Assembly (NCBI GenBank): GCA_030390025.1
Contig: CM059432.1
Span: forward strand, 151,530,001 to 151,594,000
Length of the DNA stretch: 64,000 bases
Direction of reading: 5' to 3'
DNA from: Squalus acanthias
Taxonomy: Eukaryota
Both the position numbers and the translations under genes were made by a program. Shown piece after piece: positions 1 through 9,683 of this stretch; positions within the stretch are counted from its first letter, which is position 1, and each line of letters begins with the position of its first letter. Below the pieces are notes generated by a model, which was not told the origin of the DNA, ran no database searches, and was given only the letters and a program-made list of their open reading frames with translations.

Positions 1-2414
1 GGATATCTCAAAGCACTTTGCACACATCAAATTACTGCGGTCAGTATTGCTATGCAACAGCCATTGAGCACACAGCAAGATCCCACAAACAAAATGAATG
101 ACCAGTTAATTTAGGTTTGCTGTTGTTAGCGGCGGTAACAATGCTGCCCAGGACACCGGGAAAACTCACTGCTCTTCTTCAAAATAATGCTGCAGTGGAT
201 CTTTAACATCCACCTGATCAGGCAGACAGGATCTCAGTTCAACTGATCCGAAGACAAAAGGAGATGAAGAAATCTTACCAGTCCAGATTAAGGAGTATAT
301 GGAATGAGTGGCTCGATGGAGGGGAGACAAAAACAGCAGGATAAAACCCCAAGCAAAAATACGCAGCAAAGAGGTTAACATAAGAATGAACATCTGTACG
401 GCGGTCTGTATTCCATTTTCACTTAAATTTTAGCTCTGCCCATAACCTCTGATATAAATCCAAGAATATAATTAGACCATTAGTTAACATTAACTAATTA
501 GTCAAATTAAATTTTCATTACATGGGATTCAGGTATCTTAAATCGAAACTTGAGTCACATTCCGCAACTGTGTCTATTATAGCCATATTGTGACCAAATA
601 ATGCAGATTCATGCAGAGAACATCATGATTTCTACTGGTGCTTTGAGATCACTTCACAATTTAAACCATTTTTCATGTAACCATCAACCAGAGGTTTTGA
701 TTTAACATTTTGTTATGCATTACTACTATCCACTATCATACCGTACTCAAAAAAAGACCACACTAGTCACATAATGCAACACCCTTTCAGACTTGGCGTT
801 CTTATTCATATTATCCTATTTTCATCAACAGCTTTTCCCACAGCTCAACAGAAACAGCATTCACTTGCTTTTAACCCTAACTTAAGTCAGAATTACATGG
901 TTTCTGCCACTTAAAAATAAGCATTAAACCAGTCTATGCTTATAACCAATCTGGTTCTCAAATCAATAGATGCCACTTTCGTGAGCATATGTTTACAAAC
1001 AATAGTAATATGAAACATATATGTCAACAAGCCTTATTTCCTTAAAAAAATAGCCTTTTACCTGACATGGTATGCATCCTTTCTCCCACGACAAGCACAC
1101 CTCACTACCCAAGCCCAGAGAATGTAAGCGGTTGCTAAGAGACAAGGCTGTAGATGCCCACACATACCTAAACAGCACTGCAATTTAACCAAATAAACTC
1201 AAACAGCTCAACAGCAAAGAGCCAACAGTAAGCTTCCTGCTACCTGTCCAATTAGTATCATGCTACAGATTAGGCATCAGCTTGCAGTGCAGAGTGGGAA
1301 AAATTCCAGTCTTCGGTGATAGGTAGACACCTCCTGATCCCACCAACGAACCAGGCTTACTAGTCAAGCATGCTGCAGAACTGCAAACCTGCCTGTATTG
1401 GATTGTTAGAGGGTTGTGTAGTTCTAATCTTCCATCACCAAGCATATCTTCTTGGAGCCAACTCAGCCCAAAGAACACGAGGTTAATCACTAATTGGTCA
1501 TTAGACAACTGACAAGCACACATTTGACAACAAATATAAATACCATCTCGTATAAATAAAGACAAACTGACTATAAGTGAATTGGATAATAAAATAAAGG
1601 AAAAACTGCAAATGCTGGAATCTGAAATAAAAACAAAATGCTGGTACTACACAGGCCAGTCGGCTTCTGTGAAGAACAAAGACAAGTTATGATATTGCGT
1701 CAGGTCAAACTGAAGGCCGAGGTAAACAGGCATTTTGACAAAGTTGGGGTAAAAAAGAGAAAAGTAGAGGGTGACAAACCAACAGTTAAACTAATCACAG
1801 TAAGAGAATTAGCGTTATAAATGAGCTACTACTGTAACAGAAAACATGTGATATAAAAGATATAATGCACAGAAAGTACAAAAAAATTGTTGCAAGTAAT
1901 TGGAGATTTGAAAAGACACAGGAGAAATAATGTATATAAAAGCATGAGAAATAAATAAAGAGGAACAGCTAAAGATGCAAATATGAAGTGAAAACAGGAA
2001 ATACAAACCAAGCACAACGGATGTACCAATTAGAAGAGAAAAAGAATGGGTCTGCATCATGGGCTCAGACACCCGCCAGCACTGAGCTCTGATCACAGGT
2101 CTCCAAACCTAAATGTCAACCCGCATCCTCTCCTCCCCCCGGGCCACAGAGCCTCCCACAGCGCAAGCACCCACCGCTGATTAGAAAATGAAGCGTGTAA
2201 CTAAGGCCAGCAGTTACTGAAGTCAATGTTAAGACCAAAGGGGTGCCCAAGAAAAAAAGATGAGAAAAGCTAAGCTATGCTGAACTTAAATTGTTATTTG
2301 ATGTCTTCAAAACTCTTTTTGTATACTGGGTGACATAATAGCATGGTTCAGCGAGAAGTAATTGTAAACAATGGCAAATATCCTACTAGCTTGATCCATT
2401 GATTGAATTACAAG

Positions 2415-2650
2415 TGTCAGCTTGGTTCAGTGGTAGCCACAATCAGATGGCATGGGGTTCAAGCCCCATTCTAGGACTGAAGTACATAATCTACGCTGGC
2501 ACTTCAGTGAGGGAGCAATCCACTATTGGAAGTCTGGTCTTTCAGAGGAGATATTAGAGCATCTGCCTATTCGGATGGATGTAAAAGATCCCGTGGCACC
2601 AAATGAAGAGAAGCAGGGACCTTTGTCCATCATGTTTGCCTACCCAACAA
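2415..2650 (+). mobile_element. Degenerate tRNA-headed SINE (Deu-SINE/SacSINE1-like) in PDCD6IP intron 1
   Basis: A/B-box-like head (TGGTTCAGTGG...GGTTCAAGCCC) followed by a body related to copies near 21850 and 55867; boundaries approximate. Confidence 0.55.
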
Positions 2651-2849
2651 TGATTACACATCAAAAAAAGTTAAATGCCCCAGGACATGAACAGGCTCGA
2701 AATAAATGCAAGTTATTTCCTGATTACTTCGTATATCACTGGCCGTTGATAAGTATTTATCCTTTTTGTGGTATTTGGCTAATAGCAACAGGGAAATAAG
2801 TGTGCAGCTCAGAAGGCTGAGCTCAGGCTTCTTCTCTGTGATTATTATT

Positions 2850-3022
2850 AATGAGAAGTCGCACAACACCAGGTTATAGTCCAACAGCTTTATTTGAAAT
2901 CACAAGCTGTCAGAGCGCTGCTCCTTCGTCAGGTGCCTGTGATTTCAAATAAAGCTGTTGGACTATAACCTGGTGTTGTGCGACTTCTCACTTTTGTCCA
3001 CCCCAGTCCAACACCGGCATCA
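2850..3022. mobile_element. Fold-back Penelope-like terminal fragment: 53-bp perfect inverted repeat with a hammerhead-like loop
   Basis: Arms 2852-2904 and 2938-2990 are exact reverse complements; flanked by the 11-bp duplication TGATTATTATT (2839-2849, 3023-3033); same family as 49768 and 59705. Confidence 0.75.
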
Positions 3023-3362
3023 TGATTATTATTTTTGAAGCACAAGCACTTTCAACGCCCAAACCGAGGAGATAGCAAAAAGTAAGTTGTGCGCACGACC
3101 AAACTCTGATTACCACACACAAAAAATCATGCGCGAAATTCCCAATGGCTGCCAGTAGAAAGAGTCACGGTCCCATTGGCTGGATAGGCAAATAAGTAAA
3201 TTCAGCCAAAAGGTTTTGTTGATTATATATTTAAAAAAACGACGGATTGATTCAAGCCGAGGGAAGGCCGAGGCGGTGTCGGGACTGCCGGCTCCAACCA
3301 GCAACAGGGCGGCGTCCCGTCAGCGAGTGGGCCCGTCCTCGGCCCGCCTCTCTCCCCCGGGC

Positions 3363-3669
3363 CTCCCCGGAGCCTATCCCCCAGGCCCAGGCCCGCTTCC
3401 CGGCCTCCCTCCCCGGGCCCTTTCCCCAGGCCCGCTTCCCGGCCTCCCTCCCCGGGGCCTTTCCCCAGGCCCGCTAACCGGCCTCCCTCCCCGGGGCCTT
3501 TCCCCCAGGCCCGCTTCCCGGCCTCCCTCCCCGGGGCCTTTCCCCAGGCCCAGGCCCGCTTCCCGGCCTCCCTCCCCGGGCCCTTTCCCCAGGCCCGCTA
3601 ACCGGCCTCCCTCCCCGGGGCCTTTCCCCAGGCCCAGGCCCGCTTCCCGGCCTCCCTCCCCCGGGGCCT
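3363..3669. repeat. C-rich tandem repeat (39/45-bp units, about 7-8 copies) at the start of PDCD6IP intron 1
   Basis: Unit CCCGCTTCCCGGCCTCCCTCCCCGGGGCCTTTCCCCAGG with an optional extra CCCAGG; it starts about 10 nt from the splice donor. Confidence 0.9.
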
Positions 3670-3683
3670 CGGGCCCGACTCAC

Positions 3684-3892
3684 CTCAGCAAAACCTCCAG
3701 CGAGCTGTCGTGCTTGTCGAGCGGCCTGCCGACCGCGCTTTTCCGCAGCTTGTTGAGCTCGTCGGCCGCCCGGACGTACTCGGCCTGCGTGTCCCCGCTC
3801 GGGTAGGTGGTCTGGATGAACTTGGTCAGCGGCTTCGCCACGTCCACCTCGGACGACTTCTTCAGCGGCACCGACACGAAAGTGGTGGCCAT
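3684..3892 (-). CDS. PDCD6IP: ALIX / programmed cell death 6-interacting protein, coding exon 1 (start of Bro1 domain)
   Basis: MATTFVSVPLKKSSEVDVAKPLTKFIQTTYPSGDTQAEYVRAADELNKLRKSAVGRPLDKHDSSLEVLLR matches the vertebrate ALIX N-terminus; Kozak GCCATGG; 209 nt ending at a phase-2 GTGAGT donor (3683-3678). Confidence 0.96.
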
Positions 3893-3904
3893 GGCCCCGG
3901 CCCC

Positions 3905-4030
3905 CCGAGAGAGAGAGAGAGTCACCGAGCCCCAGTCACCGAGAGAGACCGACAGAGAGTCACCGAGCCCCGGCCCCCCGAGAGAGAGAGTCACCGAGCC
4001 CCAGAGACCGACAGAGAGTCTCCGAGCCCC
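3905..4030. repeat. Short GA-rich tandem repeat in the probable PDCD6IP 5' UTR
   Basis: Repeated GAGAGAGTCACCGAGCCCC modules. Confidence 0.75.
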
Positions 4031-4087
4031 GCTCTCCCGCCAGACACTTCCGCGATGATGTCAGCGCGCTCCCTCCCTCGCACTGCA

Positions 4088-7000
4088 GCTGCGGGCCCCA
4101 CAGGTGGAGGCTGGGATGGGCGGGGCGCTGCGGGCCCCACAGGTGGAGGCTGGGCTGGGCGGGGCGCTGCGGTCCCCACAGGTGGAGGCTGGGCTGGGCG
4201 GGGCGCTGCGGGCCCCACAGGTGGAGGCTGGGCGGGGCGGGGCGGGGCGCTGCGGGCCCCACAGGTGGAGGCTGGGATGGGCGGGGCGCTGCGGGCCCCA
4301 CAGGTGGAGGCTGGGCGGGGCGGGGCGCTGCGGGCCCCACAGGTGGAGGCTGGGATGGGCAGGGCGCTGCGGGCCCCACAGATGGAGGCGGGGCGGGGCG
4401 GGGCGGGGCGCTGCGGGCCCCACAGGTGGAGGCTGGGCGGGGCGGGGCGCTGCGGGCCCCACAGGTGGAGGCTGGGATGGGCGGGGCGCTGCGGGCCCCA
4501 CAGATGGAGGCGGGGCGGGGCGGGGCGGGGCGCTGCGGGCCCCACAGGTGGAGGCTGGGCGGGGCGGGGCGCTGCGGGCCCCACAGGTGGAGGCTGGGAT
4601 GGGCGGGGCGCTGCGGGCCCCACAGGTGGAGGCTGGGATGGGCGGGGCGCTGCGGGCCCCACAGGTGGAGGCTGGGATGGGCGGGGCGCTGCGGGCCCCA
4701 CAGGTGGAGGCTGGGCGGGGCGCTGCGGTCCCCACAGGTGGAGGCTGGGCGGGGCGCTGCGGGCCCCACAGGTGGAGGCTGGGCGGGGCGGGGCGGGGCG
4801 CTGCGGGCCCCACAGGTGGAGGCTGGGATGGGCGGGGCGCTGCGGGCCCCACAGGTGGAGGCTGGGATGGGCGGGGCGCTGCGGGCCCCACAGGTGGAGG
4901 CTGGGATGGGCGGGGCGCTGCGGTCCCCACAGGTGGAGGCTGGGCGGGGCGCTGCGGGCCCCACAGGTGGAGGCTGGGATGGGCGGGGCGCTGCGGGCCC
5001 CACAGGTGGAGGCTGGGCGGGGCGCTGCGGTCCCCACAGGTGGAGGCTGGGCTGGGCGCTGCGGGCCCCACAGGTGGAGGCTGGGCTGGGCGGGGCGCTG
5101 CGAGCCCCACAGGTGGAGGCTGGGCTGGGCGGGGCGCTGCGGTCCCCACAGGTGGAGGCTGGGCTGGGCGGGGCGCTGCGGGCCCCACAGGTGGAGGCTG
5201 GGCTGGGCGGGGCGCTGCGGGCCCCACAGGTGGAGGCGGGGCGGGCCCCACAGGTGGAGGCTGGGCGGGGCGGGGCGCTGCGGGCCCCACAGGTGGAGGC
5301 TGGGATGGGCGGGGCGCTGCGGGCCCCACAGGTGGAGGCTGGGATGGGCGGGGCGCTGCGGGCCCCACAGGTGGAGGCTGGGCGGGGCGGGGCGCTGCGG
5401 GCCCCACAGGTGGAGGCTGGGCGGGGCGCTGCGGGCCCCACAGGTGGAGGCTGGGATGGGCGGGGCGCTGCGGGCCCCACAGGTGGAGGCTGGGCTGGGC
5501 GGGGCGCTGCGGGCCCCACAGGTGGAGGCGGGGCGGGGCGGGGCGCTGCGGGCCCCACAGGTGGAGGCTGGGCTGGGCGGGGCGCTGCGGGCCCCACAGG
5601 TGGAGGCTGGGCGGGGCGGGGCGCTGCGGGCCCCACAGGTGGAGGCTGGGCGGGGCGGGGCGCTGCGGGCCCCACAGGTGGAGGCGGGGCGGGGCGGGGC
5701 GCTGCGGGCCCCACAGGTGGAGGCTGGGATGGGCGGGGCGCTGCGGGCCCCACAGGTGGAGGCTGGGCTGGGCGGGGCGCTGCGGGCCCCACAGGTGGAG
5801 GCGGGGCGGGGCGGGGCGCTGCGGGCCCCACAGGTGGAGGCTGGGCTGGGCGGGGCGCTGCGGGCCCCACAGGTGGAGGCTGGGCGGGGCGGGGCGGGGC
5901 GCTGCGGGCCCCACAGGTGGAGGCTGGGATGGGCGGGGCGGGGCGCTGCGGGCCCCACAGGTGGAGGCGGGGCGGGGCGCTGCGGGCCCCACAGGTGGAG
6001 GCTGGGCGGGGCGGGGCGGGGCGCTGCGGGCCCCACAGGTGGAGGCGGGGCGGGGCGCTGCGGGCCCCACAGGTGGAGGCTGGGATGGGCGGGGCGCTGC
6101 GGGCCCCACAGGTGGAGGCTGGGATGGGCGGGGCGCTGCGGGCCCCACAGGTGGAGGCTGGGATGGGCGGGGCGCTGCGGGCCCCACAGGTGGAGGCGGG
6201 GCGGGGCGGGGCGCTGCGGGCCCCACAGGTGGAGGCTGGGATGGGCGGGGCGCTGCGGGCCCCACAGGTGGAGGCTGGGCTGGGCGGGGCGCTACGGGCC
6301 CCACAGGTGGAGGCTGGGCGGGGCGGGGCGGGGCGCTGCGGGCCCCACAGGTGGAGGCTGGGATGGGCGGGGCGGGGCGCTGCGGGCCCCACAGGTGGAG
6401 GCGGGGCGGGGCGCTGCGGGCCCCACAGGTGGAGGCTGGGCGGGGCGGGGCGGGGCGCTGCGGGCCCCACAGGTGGAGGCGGGGCGGGGCGCTGCGGGCC
6501 CCACAGGTGGAGGCTGGGATGGGCGGGGCGCTGCGGGCCCCACAGGTGGAGGCTGGGATGGGCGGGGCGCTGCGGGCCCCACAGGTGGAGGCTGGGATGG
6601 GCGGGGCGCTGCGGGCCCCACAGGTGGAGGCGGGGCGGGGCGGGGCGCTGCGGGCCCCACAGGTGGAGGCTGGGATGGGCGGGGCGCTGCGGGCCCCACA
6701 GGTGGAGGCTGGGCTGGGCGGGGCGCTGCGGGCCCCACAGGTGGAGGCGGGGCGCTGCGGGCCCCACAGGTGGAGGCGGGGCGGGGCGCTGCGGGCCCCA
6801 CAGGTGGAGGCGGGGCGGGGCGCTGCGGGCCCCACAGGTGGAGGCGGGGCGGGGCGGGCCCCACAGGTGGAGGCTGGGCTGGGCGGGGCGGGGCGGGCCC
6901 CACAGGTGGAGGCTGGGCGGGGCGGGGCGCTGCGGGCCCCACAGGTGGAGGCGGGGCGGGGCGCTGCGGGCCCCACAGGTGGAGGCGGGGCGGGGCGGGC

Positions 7001-7517
7001 CCCACAGGTGGAGGCTGGGCTGGGCGGGGCGGGGCGGGCCCCACAGGTGGAGGCTGGGCGGGGCGGGGCGCTGCGGGCCCCACAGGTGGAGGCTGGGCGG
7101 GGCGCTGCGGGCCCCACAGGTGGAGGCTGGGCGGGGCGGGGCGGGGCGGGCCCCACAGGTGGAGGCTGGGCTGGGCGGGGCGGGGCGGGCCCCACAGGTG
7201 GAGGCGGGGCGGGGCGGGGCGGGCCCCACAGGTGGAGGCTGGGCGGGGCGGGGCGCTGCGGGCCCCACAGGTGGAGGCGGGGCGGGGCGGGGCGGGCCCC
7301 ACAGGTGGAGGCTGGGCGGGGCGGGGCGGGCCCCACAGGTGGAGGCTGGGATGGGCGGGGCGCTGCGGGCCCCACAGGTGGAGGCTGGGCGGGGCGGGGC
7401 GCTGCGGGCCCCACAGGTGGAGGCTGGGCGGGGCGGGGCGCTGCGGGCCCCACAGGTGGAGGCTGGGCGGGGCGGGGCGCTGCGGGCCCCACAGGTGGAG
7501 GCTGGGCGGGGCGGGGG
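4088..7517. repeat. 3.4-kb G-rich minisatellite (core unit 39 bp, about 90 units) immediately upstream of PDCD6IP
   Basis: Unit GCTGCGGGCCCCACAGGTGGAGGCTGGGATGGGCGGGGC; unit length varies in 5-nt steps through GGGGC/TGGGC/TGGGA modules. Confidence 0.98.
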
Positions 7518-7689
7518 TACAAGGTACGAGTCACGGGGCTGCTGTGGGTGTGTTTGTGTTTTAGTCCTTTCTGCAAAATCAAAACAGGAAATACTTCGAA
7601 ACATTTCCCTGCCCACAAATTTAAACTTTCTGCCACAAGCCAACGCATATTTTAAAGACACAGTCGCTTGAAAGAGACTCATATTGTCA

Positions 7690-7917
7690 AGAGTGCTGAA
7701 CCTGTGGAATTCTCTACCACACAAGGCAGTTGAGGCCAATTCATTAAATAGATTCAAGAAGGAGATAGATATATTTCCTAAGGCTAAAGGGATCAAGGGA
7801 TAGGGGGAGAAAGCAGGGACAGGGTACTGAATTTGGATGATCAGCCATGATCGCATTAAATGGCAGAACAGGCTCGAGGGGCTGAATGGCCTACTCCTAT
7901 CTTCTATATTTCTATGT
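7690..7917 (+). mobile_element. CR1 LINE 3' fragment
   Basis: Closely similar to the 3' end of the 22003-25484 element; ends in TTCTATG-type tail. Confidence 0.85.
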
Positions 7918-8138
7918 CTTTTTTTCTCTCTCACATGCAGCTGTTGATGATTCTGCCATTGTCATTTACACCTCATCTAGAGTCATCTTTTGTTTCTTAA
8001 CTTGTCCCATTACTGTCTCCTTTTGCCTTGCACCATCATCCCTTTTGTCTTTTAATCTCTCCTGTCTTCCAGCCTATCACAGACCTTCCCTGTTGTGCTT
8101 TCCTCCCCTCCCCGCTGTCCCTGCCCCTACACTTGCTT

Positions 8139-8582
8139 GAACCCGGGTGGCCCTGGAGACGGAGCACACGGTGTCCACCGGCACGCTTGAGGCCTTTCGC
8201 GACCGGTGGGCGCCGCGGGGACTGGAGTGCATCATCACCCCGGCCAATCAAATTTTACTTTAATTTGTTAAGTTTTATTTAAAGTTATTTTAGTTACAGT
8301 CTATTTGTTTATGTACCCATCAGAAGAGTACACTTGCTTAAAAGGGGGTCGATCGGCCCGACTGCCTGCCTCTCTTCCGCGGCCACGTTCGCGCCCGGGT
8401 GGCCCTGGCGATGGAGCACGTGGTGTCTGCCGGCACGCTCGAGGCTTTCCGCGACCGGTGGGCACCGCAGGGACTGGAGTGCATCGTCACCCCGGCCAAC
8501 CAAATTTCAATTTAATTTGTTTAAATTTCATTTAATGTTTTATTAGTTACAGTATTTTTGTTTATGGGTTGTTCAAAAAGAG
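8139..8582 (+). mobile_element. Two tandem 5'-truncated Tx1/L1-like LINE 3' ends
   Basis: Both encode a related ORF C-terminus (RVALETEHTVSTGTLEAFRDRWAPRGLECIITP) with a T-rich 3' UTR ending AAGAG; host motif TACACTTGCTT occurs three times (8128, 8329, 8583); clade assignment is from memory. Confidence 0.6.
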
Positions 8583-8622
8583 TACACTTGCTTAAAAACC
8601 TGTTCCATCTCCAACTTTTTCC

Positions 8623-8659
8623 AGTTCTGACGAAGGGTCATCGACCTGAAACGTTAACT
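8623..8659 (+). ncRNA. Minimal type I hammerhead ribozyme motif (Penelope-associated, family A)
   Basis: AGTT-CTGACGA-A-GGGTC-ATC-GACCT-GAAA-CGT-T-AACT: stem I AGTT/AACT, 5-bp stem II, palindromic ACGT helix III. Confidence 0.8.
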
Positions 8660-9145
8660 CTGTTTCTCTCTCCACAGATGCTGCCTGACGTGCTGAGTAT
8701 TTTCATCATTTTCTGTTTTTATTTAATATTGAAGGGTGGTTGAGTAAGCAGGAGAGTGTGGTTAGACGAGGTGGAGAAAAACACTGGCAATGTTTTAATC
8801 TACGTCGAAGTTACAACAACACGGAAACAAGCCATTCGGTCCAACCAGTCCATGTCGGTGTTTATTCTCCCCGTGAGCAAATAGTTTTAATCATATTTAC
8901 CTACCTTGTACCCACATCCCTTCAACCCCTTTTCATTCATTCAGCTATCCAAACTAAACTTGAACGTTGCCATAGTTTCTGTCACAACCACTAAACCTGG
9001 AAGTTTTCACAACTCTGTGAAGAAACTTCTCTTGCTCCGTGTTCTAAATCTCTTAAATTTAATCTTGTACCTTTGGCCTCTCTTTCTTGACCCCTCAACT
9101 ACTGCTTCTATCTATCCTGTACCAGCCTTTGGACTGTATGGCCCG

Positions 9146-9683
9146 TTTCTGTGCTGGAAGGGGGGAGAGCAGGAGAGCAATAGTTATTGGGGACTCAATA
9201 GTCAGAGGGACAGATAGGAGGTTCTGTGGCAGCAAAAAAGACTCACGGATGGTATGTTGCCTCCCGGGTGCCAGGGTCCGTGACGTCTCGGACCGTGTTT
9301 TCAGAATCCTCAAAGGGGAAGGGGAACAATCACAAGTCGTGGTACACATCGGTACCAACGACATAGGTAGGAGAAGGGACGGGGATTTAAAACAGGAATT
9401 TAGGGAGCTAGGTTGGAAGCTGAGAGCCAGTACAAACCATGTTGTAATTTCTGGTTTGTTGCCGGTGCCACGTGCTAGCGAGTTGAGGAACAGGGAGAGA
9501 GTGCAGATAAACACGTGGCTGCAGGGATGGTGTAGCGGGGAGGGTTTCAGTTATGTGGATAATTGGAGCACATTCTGGGGAAGGTGGGACCTGTACAAAC
9601 AGGACGGTTTGCACCTGAACCAGAGGGGCACCAATATCCTGGGAGGGAAATTTGCTACGGCTCTTCGGGGGGGTTTAAACTAA
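9146..9683 (+). CDS. CR1 ORF1 C-terminal SGNH/esterase-like domain (partial)
   Basis: VIGDSIVR, LPGA, HIGTND and DGLHLN motifs; ends GGT TTA AAC TAA. Confidence 0.9.

Larger units (their letters stand above)
3240..4090 (-). promoter_or_regulatory. CpG island / promoter of PDCD6IP
   Basis: High GC and CpG density around exon 1; ETS motif ACTTCCG at 4046-4052 and CRE/ATF-like TGATGTCA at 4056-4063 upstream of the ATG. Confidence 0.75.
7938..8722 (+). mobile_element. Penelope-like element 3' tail, interrupted by two Tx1-like fragments
   Basis: Homologous to the sequence after the GIY-YIG ORFs at 31750-32100 and 42760-43049. Confidence 0.8.

Noticed and set aside
1..3683. PDCD6IP exon 2
   Set aside because: No YYDQ-type coding segment with splice sites found; it presumably lies beyond the left edge
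3216..3806. Proline-rich 196-aa plus-strand ORF
   Set aside because: Translation of the intronic C-rich repeat and the antisense of PDCD6IP exon 1
4097..4112. CTCF-like motif CCCACAGGTGGAG in each minisatellite unit
   Set aside because: Mismatches at several high-information positions, including the C after GG; not supportable without a matrix score
3710..7934. Several ORFs over 1000 aa on both strands
   Set aside because: Artefacts of a stop-free GC-rich minisatellite; the translations are frame-shifting repeats of the same unit
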